Below, one piece after another: positions 43,851 to 57,607 of a stretch of 64,000 bases of DNA. The stretch lies in the NCBI RefSeq assembly GCF_009914755.1, contig NC_060925.1. One strand, 5' to 3'. Positions within the stretch are counted from its first letter, which is position 1, and the number at the start of each line of letters is the position of its first letter. The translations under genes were made by a program, and so were the position numbers. The stretch comes from the human T2T-CHM13v2.0 reference genome, Homo sapiens. The notes below the pieces were generated by a model. The model did no database searches. It saw nothing but the letters and a program-made list of their open reading frames with translations, and was not told the origin of the DNA.

Positions 43851-44599
43851 CGTCATTCCCTCCACACCTGGTAGCTTCAGCCTTGCCCAGCTCCTGGTGG
43901 AACTTCCGGTAAGGGATGCTCACAGAGCACAGGGTGGGGAGCTCCCCTGGCACGTGGAAATCACATCACACTGTTGGCTGGCAACTCCACTTCCATGTCA
44001 ATCTGGTGCCAGCTCCGGGATCCTGAAATGCCCTGCATGAATCATCAAGGGACAAAAAGAGGAGACTTTCCAGGGACTGACGCCCTCCCAGCCACCGTGG
44101 GATCCCGGCTACTGTGACTGAGCCCAGTCATGACTCCAGAGTGCTTCACATCACATCATTCTTTCTCAGCATCCAAAATGTGAGTCCTCTGGGCATGAAT
44201 TCTCTCCTCCACTCCACTCTCCATGGCTCTCCTGGTCCCTTCCTCTTTCTTCTCCCTACCCCTTTCTTTTCCAAACCTCTCATCCATTCTTCTCTATAGT
44301 CCCCTTCTCCATACTTGGAGGCCTATGCCTTCTTAATATCAACCTTCTCCAACTTTCCTGATCATTAAAGTCACCTGATCATCAGAATCATGCACATCCC
44401 CTGGCTCCTGTCCCAGAGGTCTGAATTGGAGAGATCCAAGTGAGACCTGGCAGCCAATGTTTAACAAGAGCCCATGTGTCCTTATGATCAAACACATTTG
44501 GGAGACCCCAAACCACACTCCTCCTGTTGTAATCCACCAAACACTGTTCCTAATTCACCCTGGAAATGGCTGGGGTCCTCAAAGCCACCCACTCCTGTC

Positions 44600-46480
44600 C
44601 TGTGACAGCACCTCCAATGCTCCAGCCTCAAAGTAAAATGACCTCCCAACTCTGATCACCTTCACCTGTGCTCCACCTCAGCCTACACTCTGGCCCACCT
44701 GGGCCTTGTTATTCCCTGGGACTGCTCCTCCCCTGACATCGTCAGGCCAATAGCCTCTTTCTGCCCACATTCCCCTCGCCCTCCCACATTCCTGTTCCCT
44801 GGCACCTGGCCCTTGAGCATAATCCTGTCATGCATCGACATCATTCTGGTCTATCAGGCCCCTCCTGGGCTTCCTTCTTCCTTCCCTGCCCACCCATGGT
44901 TAATCACATGAGCCAGTTTGTTGTCAGTCTGGACCCATATCCTTCTGTTGTACTTACTCAGGAATGCTCAGATTAATTCATTCCATCTTCTCTGAAATCT
45001 TCAGAGAAACCCCACAACCCTGCAGGCCCACCCCATCACAAATCTAGGGTAAGCTCAACTTCATCTAGAATTAGAGCCCATGAGGCCATCAGGCTCCAAC
45101 TCCCACTCCTTTTCCCCCTACAATGGAACTGACATCACTGTCAACCTCTCCACCTGTCTCTTCACTGTCTCACTCCTGTGGTTCAGTAGAAACCCACCCA
45201 GTATGTTCTTGCTGCCATCCATCCCATTCCCATCCCACTCTATCATCACCCTCTTTCTCTCTATCTTTAATGCCTCCCTCTCAGCTGGCTGTTCCAGCTC
45301 AGCCAGTTAAGCTGCTCAAGTTTCCCTTGCCCTGAACAGCTTGCTCAATTTTATGCCCCTATCTACCATCTTTATCCAATCTCCTGTCTTCCTTTCACTG
45401 AAGGCTCTGTAATTCTCTGCAGTCAGGCCTGCCTCAGCCCCTCCTCTGAAATTGCGCTCCCTGAGGTTGATAATGACTTCTTCAGTGTATGATCCTGTGG
45501 ACAGGATTCAGAACTTGTGTTACTTGGCTTTTCTGCTATATTTGACATTGTTGACTGCTTCCTCTTTTGTGAATCTTTCAGCTCTTGTGACCTCTGAGAC
45601 ACCGTTTTCTCCTGACTCTTTTGCTACCTCTCTGACAGTTTCCAGCCTGTCTTTCTGTGTGTCCTCTTTCCCCAACCACCTTGAAAATGGGCATATCCAG
45701 GTCCTGCACTTGGTCTACTCTGCCTGGTTATCACACATACTTCCACAGTATAATGCAACCTGCTACTGCTTCTCTCTTTTTTTTTTTTTCTTGAGACAGG
45801 ATCTTGCTTTGTCGCCCAGGCTGGAGTGCAGTGGCAAAATCAAAGCTCATTGTAGCCTTGACCTCCCATGCTCAAGCAGCCTCAGCCTCCCGAGTAGTTG
45901 GAATTACAGGCATGAGCCACTGTGCCCAGCTCTGCATCTTTAGCTTAGTTTTCACATCCAAATGGTTTGCTAAATGTTGATTATGGGACAGACGGTTTAA
46001 AATTTGCACACTCCACAGCCAGCTTCCTCTTCTCTTGAATTCCCACATATTAGGATGGCATCTCCATCCAGCTATTGCCCAAGCTGGAACCCTGGGAACC
46101 ACCCTGGGTCCCAGTCTCTCTCCATTTCTACCCGCACACAAATAACACACAGCCAATCTCTCACCAAGGCCTGGGGACTTTATCCCTAAGGAATCCTCAA
46201 AGTCATGCCCTCCTCTCCTTCCCCCACAACCACTCTGGCCCAGGGTCCCTTCCTCTCTCGCCTGGACTCTCCATTGCTTCCCAGCTGGTCTCCCTCCCTC
46301 CCATCCTGCCCTTCTCCATTCTGTCTTCCATGCAGGCCCCAGAGTGATGTTTCTGAAAGGCAAGCTTGATCCATCCCTCTACCACTTAAAGCCCTTCAAG
46401 AGCTTCTTGCCACCCATAAGTGGAAATTCAAATTCCTCAGGATGCTTCCCCTGAACTCACCCTTTATTTGGTGCCTCCAA
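44600..46480 (+). mobile_element. degenerate L2, interrupted by a short Alu fragment (~45777-45930, -)
   Basis: Long pyrimidine-rich L2-like body (CTGCTATATTTGACATTGTTGAC..., CCAGAGTGATGTTTCTGAAAGGCAAG...CTTAAAGCCCTTCA). Confidence 0.6.
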
Positions 46481-47431
46481 GCCATTGCTCCTACAGTTTC
46501 TTTCATTCTCTATCTAACCAACTCCCATCCCTTGCCCAGGCATCGTGTCCCCAGCAACTTCTCTTTTGGCTCTGGGTTGGCACTTCTCAAGCGTGTTCCT
46601 GTGTTACTTTCCACTTACCAGATTATATGGTAAATCCAGCTATTAGCTGTGGAGAGAAAGTTTGAAGACTGTTTTAAGGTGTTACAGCCTCCTCCAGCCC
46701 TGATTGATACTCAGTGACTGGGAGCTGGCATCTCCGTGCACCCACAAATGTGCCTGAAGCCAGCCCTCCTCTCCTCCCTTAGCCTCTCACAGTGAAGCAG
46801 CAGGACCACCCAGGTACAGCGCACCTCGAGCTCTGCCCCTCAAAGGGAGTGGCCTCTCCTGGCTATTGGCAAAGCTACCAGAAACTTGGCTTCAGACCAT
46901 TCACATCTAAACAGGTGGTCCAGATATTCTGGCAGGGATGTGCATGTGAGTTTAAAAGGGGGAGAGATGGAATCATAAAATGCCATGTTTTCAGACTACC
47001 CTAAACCCTAAGGGCTTAGGCTGTTCCTATTTGTGTAACCCAGTTGTGAGGGGATAGTCCAGCTGGGAGGGAGGGCGTAGCCCACTTACCTGCCCACCTC
47101 AGGCATCCTGAGATGCCAGAGCAGGCACCCAGGACGCTGTTTATAAGACAGCCTACATGCCCTGCTGGGAGGAAAGTGAAGAGGCCGAGATTGATGCCAG
47201 AGGCCCCAGGACTTGGGGACGCACTCTCTTGAACAGTCTTGGGGGCACTGCCATCAGCCTTGGATAGGTGGGGGATTCTCACTACTATAGGAGATGGGGA
47301 GACCTTCACCTGGGCCTGATGTGCTGAATGATGCCAGAGAGAATACTATACAATTGGACTCTGTGGCATCCTTCAAGTGTCCTCTGACCCAGCCCTGGAA
47401 TGGGTCACAAGCCCCTTTAAAGAGAGGGCTA

Positions 47432-47742
<311 letters not shown>

Positions 47743-49464
47743 AAAGAGAGGGCTAGAAAAGCTGGCACATCCAGGCTACCTTCTGTGTCCTACTGAAAGC
47801 CAGCTCTGCTCACAGGAAGGGCTACGGCGGAGGCAGGAGAAGCAAGTTCAGAGGAGGCAGCAGCGGAAGCAGGATGGCCAGTCCTGACCACTGAAGCAGA
47901 GCATGGGAAGCAGGACAAGGCAGCTCAGCCAAGGGGGCAACTGGGGGCTGAAATCTAGCCTATGCACCTGTATCACAAGCTGTGTGTCCTGGCGCAGGAC
48001 TGCATTTGCTGGGGAAAGGGGAGCCTATTTCTAATCTGCAAAAAGGTACCATTTTGGATTGTCACAACCTTGACAGATAAGACACTGGTAGCAGCCATGA
48101 GAAAGTTTAGGAGAACATAAAAGGAACCCAGGATCTGGTGATAGATGACAAGGGCTTTGGGATCCCCAAGGACCTTACTGGGTGGGGGCTTAGAATTTCA
48201 GCCCATTGAGATGCTTCCCAGGCCTGTGACTGTGCCCTACTCCTCCTTTAACCCCTTCAGGACCATCCCACTCACTCCAAGCCTACCCCAACCACGAGGC
48301 CTCCGTGGCCAGAGGAGAGAAGGCAATATACTCATGACTGTGGCCCTGGCCACCTAAACTCCAACAACCCATTCCTGAGTGGGGTGGAGGATACTTGATA
48401 AAGAGAGGTGTCCTTAGTCTGCCCTGTGACTGCCACTGTGCTCAGCCTTTAGCATCAACCTTCGCTGCTAAGTCAAGTCTGTGGCCAATCTGTCTGTGGC
48501 CTAATGTCAGGTGAAAGGGGGCTGTTGAGTTTTCTCCTTTTGTTTCATTCGTATTTATAGCTTTACCTTAACAGCATCCACTACTGACGACAGCCCACAG
48601 GTTCTAACCTGCCCAGGAGCTTCTAGGAAGATTATAGCCTTGTTCTGAAAGCTAACAGCACACAACACAAGGGAATCGTGCCTCCTGCTTTTTTGGCTTG
48701 GTACAGAAGGTGGACAGGCAAGTGGAGCACCCTCTTAGGCATAGACAGGGAGGGGATGCAGCGCAGGGGACCTAGCTTTTCTGAACCCCTGCTTTCTGCT
48801 GTACATATATGTTCATATTTAATTCTCCAACAACCCTGTAAAACAAGTATCATTATCTCCATTTTACAGATGAAGGAACTGAACCTCAGAGAGAAGAGAT
48901 AACCCTGGTCGGCCAGTAAACTGTAGAGATCCAATTTGAATTCTCCCCTCTGTCTGGCTCCGACACATGGGGTTTTCTTAACTCACACTGTGTCACCTGC
49001 AGAGTGTTTCCCTTCGGGGGAGAGAAACCCAAAATAGTGAAAACGAACAGAAAAAGTTTGAAGAGTTCTGCTTCGGCACTTGAAGCCAATCTCCCTACAG
49101 TCTTCTTCCTGTTCATGCTTCCAAGATGCTATCAGGGAGGCTGGGCGCTGGGGACATTTACACTCCTTGCCTCCCCAACCCCAACCTCGAGGATTTCTGT
49201 AGGGGTGAAATCACCTCATTAAAGCTGTACCTTGTTGCGGGGGCGGGGGTGGATGGGCAGAAGAACTCATGAGGTGATCATATACCGGCCTCAGTGATTC
49301 TCTCCTCCTCCCGGCCCCATGTCTTGTTTTTAAACTCCAGCAAGGAAGAATCTTCTTTCCCTCCAGCCAGCCTTTCAACCCACTGCTCAAACAAAGCATT
49401 TTCTCTCAGAGGATGATTGCCAAGACCCACAGTTTAGTTCATGTGGGAGTGGAGAGGGGCCATA

Positions 49465-49760
49465 AATAATAATAGCCAAGTTTACTGAGTGCTTATTATG
49501 TAATAGCCAAGCACTGTTCCAGAGACATTACATATAGACCCATTTCACACACACAGGTGCACACACACACACACACATACACACAGTACAAATGAGGAAA
49601 CAGACCCAGAGAGGTTGCCCGCCATTTGCCAGCTCTTATGAAGGGACTTGGACAGCCTGGCTCCCAGATGCTGCCCTGCCTCTCAAAGATCATCTCCCCT
49701 GGCTACCCCACCCCATTTTACAGGTAAGGCAATGAGCCCAGGGAGGTGAGGGACTTGCCT
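49465..49760 (-). mobile_element. MIR fragments with an internal (CA)n at ~49546-49585
   Basis: TTTACTGAGTGCTTATTATG...CAAATGAGGAAACAGACCCAGAGAGGTT. Confidence 0.7.
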
Positions 49761-49930
49761 GGCCAGTCAAGGGCAGAGCTAGTCAAGTTGTCAGATCTTC
49801 TGACCAAAAAACCCAAGGCTTTTTCCTCCACCCTGGGGGCTCAGCACACCCAAGACTCCAGGAGTATGCCAATTGCACTTCACCCAGTTCAAAGTTTAGA
49901 TCCCCCCTAATGCTTTAAACTAGAAAATTC

Positions 49931-50200
49931 TTTTTTTTTCTTTTGAGACAGGGTCTAGCCTTGTTGCCCACGTTGGAGTGCAGTGGTGTAATCTTGGCTC
50001 ACTGCAGCCTCCTCCTCCTGAGCTCAAGCCATCCTCCCACCTCAGCCTCCTGAGTAGCTGGGACCACAGGGGCACACCCCTACACCTGGCTAATTTTTAT
50101 AATTTTGTAGAGATAGTCTCAAACTCCTGAGCTCAAGAGATCTGCCTGCCTCAGCCTTTCAAAGTGCTAGGATTACAGGCATGAGCCACTGCGCCTGGCC
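49931..50200 (-). mobile_element. AluJ, internally deleted
   Basis: Poly-T plus J-type arms; TSD-like TAG(A/G)AAAT(T/C)CTT. Confidence 0.88.
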
Positions 50201-50709
50201 TAGGAAATCCTTAAATGCCTATTTATTTGGACATGCCACTGGCAGACATCTGCACTGTACCTGAGCATCCCCGATGGGCTCATAGAATGCTAACTATAGC
50301 TTCCACCTATAGGTTAAACAGAGATTCTGCCCCTCTCCCCTCCTTGGCAGATGGATACAAACAGAAGCCAGGAGGAACAGCAGCACCTCACACATCTAGT
50401 AGCACTCCGGCAACGACTCTGAATACTCCCTGCAAGGCCGGCAAATATTTTGATAATCTTTCCCCTACAGGATTCTCCTGTGGAGAACAAATGGACACAG
50501 TCGGGAGCTGTCTTTCAGCGGAATTCCACAGGAAGAAACATTTCATCAGTGGAGAGGGTTTTGACTCAGGCCTTTTGGGGAGGGAAGCAGATTGCTCTGA
50601 GCTACTGCGGAGGGTAGGCTCTGCCCACAGGCGTCTGCCGTCCCCTCAGGACCTAGCGCAGGGCAGGCATGTGGGCACCCTCAGCGGACCTCACCAGGTG
50701 GGAGGCAGA

Positions 50710-50945
50710 TGGTGTGCTGTTAAAAGCACAGCCTTCGGGGCAGCCAAACCTGGGTTTTGAGCAGTGGCTCTGCTGCTTGAAGCTGTGTGACCTTGGGCAA
50801 ATTCCTTCACCTCTCTGCTCCTGTTTCCCCACTGTAAAATGGGCGTAATGAGAATATTTGCCTCTTGGACTGGCCCTTGAGAATTAGACCCAATGATGTC
50901 AAAGGAGCATGGAGCACAGGGCCTGCCACACGCAGGCACTGAATA
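50710..50945 (+). mobile_element. MIR
   Basis: AGCTGTGTGACCTTGGGCAAATTCCTTCACCTCTCTG...CTGTAAAATGGG. Confidence 0.8.
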
Positions 50946-53027
50946 ACCACAGCGGTCATCGTGAGGTCCCCACTTGCCTTGAAGGGAGCTGTGTGGCTGA
51001 GTTCTCCGCTGTCACTGGTTCCCTTATTGAGCTTGCCTTAGGGGGCCCAAGGCCTCCTTCCAACCCAAAACGTGCCTTCGAGAGGGGCAGAGACCGGCCA
51101 CCCCACGTGTCTTCCATTGGAATGGAAGTCAGGGTTCACCAGGCTGGGGGAGGGCATTGATGCCCTCATGTGCATCGGTCTGTTGGGCCCTGAGAAAAGC
51201 CCTAAAGATGCCTGGCAGGGGACATCTCTTCACAATGACATATTATTATTTTGAAAAAGATGAAGCCGAATTAGCAAGCATTTATAAAAAGTGGAAACAA
51301 AATGAAGCCACTGGGACAAAAGAGACACTGCACAGACCAACCACCGTGTGTGATGAGGGGCTGGGCAGGCCCACAGGGGCCTGTTTTATGTGGTGGCCCT
51401 CTTTGTCCCCACTCTGCCTGCTTCCCAGGCCTGCCCCTGGGCCTCTCTCCAAGGATGATTCTGTCTCCATTTTTGGTATCTACAGGCCTTGTGGGACTGG
51501 GAGGACTGAACTGGGCCCAGCATTCTCCAGGTGACTCACCAGGCAGGCCATGCAGAAAAGCCACTTCCTGCATCCCTGAGTGGCCAGTCATCCTCCTGGT
51601 ACCTGCCTTAAGAACATGTGAGCCACCCTCAGGGGCAGGGTGGGACTGGGCTGTGCTCCAGGCATGGGCACCACATAGAGAAGGGCTGAGTGAGTGTAGT
51701 GGAAGAACCCAGGCCATCCAGGAGCCTGTGGCTTGGGGTGGGGTTGGGGGTGGACACAGTGTTCCTGGTGCTTTCTCCACAAAAGAAACCTCACCTTCCT
51801 AAAGCTATCGATCCACCCACTGGTGCTGTGGCAATGAAATTCTCACGGGGGAAAGTCTCAGGGCCAGCATACCTACCCCTGCACACTTCATGCCCCCAAG
51901 CACAGCACGCCATTGCAGCAGGCCCCTTCCTGAAGCTGCGCCCCCATGAATACGCCCTGTACCCATTCTGAGAATCAGGTCTGATATTATGGGAAGAAAA
52001 TGTGTGCCTAGGCATGGCGGGGAGGGGCAAGTTAGGCAGGTCAGGAGGGAGAGTTTTGACAAGAAATCCAAGCACATGGGCCACAGAGGAGTCTTAAAAA
52101 CAACCTCAGCCCAACTGTCTCCTGACTGTTCCCCCAACTTATCAGCTCAGGCCCAGGTCAGAGGAGGTCCAGGCTGGCCTGGCACAGCAAGTTGAGCCTG
52201 GTTCCCAGACCCTGCAGCTGGTTTTGAGCAATGGAAGTGGCAGTGAGTCTGTGCTCATGGAGTTCCTGGGCTCAGGCCCAGGTGGGGGTGGGGATGGGGG
52301 TTGGGGGGATGTCCCCTGTCTTCGATTTGACTCTGCTGCTCCAGTCACAGAGCTCTCTCAGAGGCAGACATGAAGCCAAAGCACTTCATTAAGACAGGAG
52401 GTCAGATAACAGCCCCAGCCCTCTTTGGAAACCGCACACCGCCCAGTGGCATGGAACAGGCCAGGTCCCAGCCCTCCCAGGAGTGCCAGGCATTGTATTT
52501 CAGAACTGAGCTTCAGCTACTCCCACAGGAAGGAGACGACTTGCTCCTACCTTGTTTTTAATTTCCAGAATACTGCAATCCCCTTAGGAAAACTCATGTT
52601 TTCATGATAGAATGGCAGCTGCCCACGCATGTCAGAGGCTTCAGACCTGATCCTGATCCTGATCAAGCCTGGAACAGTGATCTCTGGGCAGCAGATGAAC
52701 AGCCCAGGGACCAGCAAAGAGAGCCTGCCCTCTGTGGTCCAAGGCTGGCCACCTCGGCCTGTGCTAGGCAGAAGAGCTCACAGGTGTGTCCTGCTTTACT
52801 TAACTCAAAGACAGCTGCTCAGAAGTTGCCTGGAATTGGAACTGTGATCAGGCCAGGCCCTCCTTAGGTTTCCAGAGGGACTGCTTATCATATATACTAC
52901 CTGTGTGGTGAGGGGTCTCACTTGAAGACATAAAAAATGCACTCCAAACAGGAAAACAACTTTTAAAAATTATTGACATTTAACGATCAGCTGTGTGTGT
53001 ATTAGGGATTTTTAAAAAGTGAAACAC

Positions 53028-53320
53028 AGCCAGGCACAGTGGCTCACACCTGTAATCCCAGTACTTTGGGAGGCTGAAGCAGAAGGATGCTTGAAGCAGG
53101 AGTTCAAGACCAGCCTGGGAAACAAAGCAAGACTCTGTCTCTATTTAAAAAATTAGCAGGTGTCGTGGTACACTCCTGTAGTCCTACCTACTCGGGAGGC
53201 TAAGGCCAGCGGATTGCTTGAGCCTAGGAGTTTGAGGCTGCAGCAAGCTATAATCTTGCCACCACACTCCAGCCTGTGACAGAGCAAAACCCTGTCTCTT
53301 AAAAAGAAAAAAAAAAAAAG
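53028..53320 (+). mobile_element. AluJ
   Basis: Dimer with GGAGTTTGAGGCTGCAG (J-type) and an A-tail. Confidence 0.9.
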
Positions 53321-53414
53321 AGATAACCCTGCAGGCTTTCAAATTATATACACATATAATGATAATATACTACATTTATATTATGTAATTTGGTTTACAG
53401 AGTGCTTCTATATG

Positions 53415-54500
53415 CCCATTCATTTATTTATCCAACAATATTATTGAGCCCCACAAAGACCCAGATATTCTCCTAGGCACAGGGAGATACAGCGGTGAGC
53501 AAGGTGCATAAGGCCCTCTGCCACTTCTGTTGACCTTACTGTCTGGTTGGGGGAGGCAGACAAATGACAAACAACAGACAAATGAATCAGCAAGACAAGT
53601 CCAGGGAGTGACGAGTGCACGAGTCAGGTAATGGCTACAGCCAGACTATCTAATACAGGAGCCACATGTGGTTATTTACATTTAAGTCTAAATGAATTAA
53701 AATTAAGTGAAATTAAACATTCAGTTATTCACACTAGCCACATTTCAGGTGCTGAATAGCCAATGTGGCTAGTGGTTAGTGGTATATAGGACATTTCCAT
53801 CATCACAGAAATTGCCATAGGGCAGCACAGGGCTAGTGAGAGACTTAGGACTGATTTGGAATAGGTGGTCAGAGAAGGCCTCTTTGTGGAGGTGCCTTCA
53901 TTTGGAATCTGAAAATGAGAAGAAACCAGCAGCTCACAGGCCTGAGTGGGAGTGGGTGTGGGCAGACAGTTTCACTCACTCTAGGGCAAAAGTCCACATT
54001 TAGACATAAGTTTGGCAAATTTGAGGAACAGAAAGAAGTCTGGTGTGACTGGAGTGTAATGAGGTGGGGGTGGGGAAAGTAGAGACGATGAGGTCAAAAG
54101 TAATAATAAAAACAGCTGTGATGGCTGTTGGGTGCTCATTACATGCATCTATAAGGTAGGTACTGCTATTCTCATTTTACGAATGAAAACACAGACACAG
54201 AGAAGTAGAGATACTTGGCCAAAGTTACACAGCTAGTGAGGGACAGAGCTAGGATTCCAGCTGGTGCCATAGCCATGGAGCACTTAGCTATTATACTACA
54301 CTTCACCACATCTCCAGAGTCAGGGGTGCATTATGAATGCCCTGTGAGGAGTGTGGACCCCATCAGGGTGTGAAAGGAAGTCCTTGAAAGTTTTTAGGCA
54401 GGAGTGTGGCATGATCTATTGTACTTTTAAGTGATCCATCTGTTCATGGTGGGGAGAATAGATGGTAGAAGGCCAAGTCAGGGGACTGCCTCATTATTCG
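53415..54500 (-). mobile_element. L2 with nested MER3 (~53641-53830) and MIR (~54130-54300)
   Basis: L2 3' end CATTCATTTATTTATCCAACAATATTATTGAGC; MER3 core GCCACATGTGGTTATTTACATTTAA; MIR CATTTTACGAATGAAAACACAGAC. Confidence 0.7.
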
Positions 54501-55824
54501 AGGTAATAACATTACTGTGGCTCCAACTAGGAGAGCAGCAATTCTTCTTCTTTTTAAAAGCCTATCAGACATTGCACTTCTATTTTTCATGGTTTACTTA
54601 CCTTCAAGGACTATGGCAGGTTTTGTCTTTTTCCTAAGACAAAAGTACACACACATTCCTAAGAGTTAGTTGCTCCAAAACTCAATAGGTACATGTCAGC
54701 ATGCATTTAGCTGCAGGAAAGCCAGTTTTTGCCAAGCCTTACCTAGTTCTGTTTAAAGCATCTTTTCTATACATTGTTATCAAGTTAGACCAATGATCTT
54801 CCTAGACTGGGAGGTCTGACTTGAGCTGGTTCTAGCTCCACCCGGGGTTGTTTCCATGTTTAGGAGAAGGGGGTGGAGTCCTGATCCAGGTGGGAACCCA
54901 ACTTGTGGGGTTTCTGCGTGGAAAAGAACTTCACGGGCTGGGTGGTATGTAAGCATCTCCATCTCGTGCATTTAGAGTGGCAGGTCTTAGGACTGCAGTA
55001 ATTGGTCCTCCCTGGACCAATTTACCCTGTGACATTGACTTTGAATGTAGGGTGTATGTGTTCCGGGCTCCCTTGTAAATGCGGAAATAAAGGAAAACTG
55101 ACAGACCTCCCAGGGAGAGAGCAGGAATGTTATGCCATATAAACCCACTACCAGCCCTGCAAACAACTGCCAAGGTGCTTCAATAAAATATAACTTCCGA
55201 CCACCTCCAGCCCTAACACTCCCCTGTCAAATGCCAATTGTTTGTTTAGAACTTCTCCTCCCACTAGGGTTAAGAGGAGCAAGGTGGTTCAACTGCAGTT
55301 TCCCCTCCAGCCACTGCTCCCTTCTCAGGGTCTGTTTGGGATACAAGTCAAGGTCACAACTCTGTGGTGCTCCCAGCACCTGAAACCCTCCCCACCTTAC
55401 GGCAGGTTATTCAGCCTCCCTGTGGCTGCCTTTCTTCACCACTGAAATGAGGATAATTATGGTAACCATCATTCTACCTCATAGCACTGTTGTGAGAATT
55501 TAATGAGTTAGAATGAATTAAATGTCAGACAGAACAATTATGGTCAGCTATGATATCATATTGTCATTACTGGAAGGGAGAGGATAGGAAAGGAGGTGGC
55601 TGAAGCCAAAGCCCGGTCTCAAGGCTGCGATGAATAAGGATCCTAGAGTCACCCAGAAACAACTACGCTGGAGCTTCTGCAGGTTAACAAGAGGATTCTC
55701 ATACACTCCAGGTACTGCCCCAGAAGTCACTTTGTAGGCTGGATCAACACCACCCCACAGCTCCAGCTGCAGTTTCTGCCCTGCACTCTGGGGCAGAGCA
55801 GCAGGGGGCCAGGCCACTTCCTAC

Positions 55825-55875
55825 CTTGCCTCTTCCTCCTTTCTCCAGGCCAGCTTGGGTCAGATGAAGCAGCTC
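55825..55875 (-). other. BCAR3: 51-nt internal 5'-UTR exon of a long upstream-promoter BCAR3 isoform
   Basis: Acceptor GTCTTTCCTTTGCATTCTACTACAG|GAGCTG and donor GCAAG|GTAGGA; purine-rich ESE-like body. The length fits my recollection of a ~51-nt UTR exon in the long isoform (not verified here). Confidence 0.7.
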
Positions 55876-56244
55876 CTGTAGTAGAATGCAAAGGAAAGAC
55901 CATCTCAGGTGGGTGTGAGGCAATTACAGTAGCTTCAGGGGAGGCAGAGTCACTTGGGTTCTGCCAGTGGGTGAGTAACCTGGACCTCAGCCTGGTTGGA
56001 TTCAAGTCTACAGCCCCTCCTGGAGTCACCTTCTCTGGGCTGCAGAGCTCACACCGCCCATTCTGCCTAGATGTTTCTTTGCCTGTTGTCTCAGCAGGTT
56101 ACAATTAATTACAAATAACAGTGACTCACAGGACAGCAGTTCCCTTATTTGCCAGGGAAGTCTTATTAAGATTAAGCTATTCTCCCAGGAAAGAAAGGTC
56201 TTTACTTTTCAATAGAGGTAGAGGGAAGCAAGCAGAGGACTGTG

Positions 56245-56490
56245 ATTACAGCACAGACTCTGGAGCCAGATCGTCTGGGTTTGAATCTGGCCCCATCGCT
56301 TACAAAGAGGTGTGCCCTGGGACAAGCTAGTCAGCCTGTGACTCAGTTTCCTCATCTGCAAAATGGGGATGTAAATAGTACTTACCTCATAAAGTTATTA
56401 TGAGAGTTAAATGAGTTAATATCTATTTGGAGCTTAGAACTATGCCTGGCACATAGTAAGTGCTTATATAAATGTTTGATAAATAAAAGT
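56245..56490 (+). mobile_element. near full-length MIR
   Basis: AGCACAGACTCTGGAGCCAGA...CTCAGTTTCCTCATCTGCAAAATGGGGAT...TGCCTGGCACATAGTAAGTGCTT. Confidence 0.88.
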
Positions 56491-56627
56491 CCAATAATGG
56501 AGAATTACTTATATAAATCTACATAATTCAATATTACACAGCCATTATAATTTCTATAGCAACATGGGAATCCATTCATGATCTATTACTAAAGTAAACA
56601 ATATACAGTTTAATAGTATACAGTTTA

Positions 56628-56922
<295 letters not shown>

Positions 56923-57102
56923 AGTATACAGTTTAAAACAAACTGTATAATATTATTGCTGAAAACAGAAAATAAATCTATATGCATTTAAAAAAATACT
57001 AAAAGTATATACACCAAAGAGTGTTTCTCTGTTTTCCAAAATTTCTGTATTTTGAAGTACAGTAATTAAATAAAACAGTGAAAACTATTCAGAAAGGGAT
57101 CA

Positions 57103-57607
<505 letters not shown>

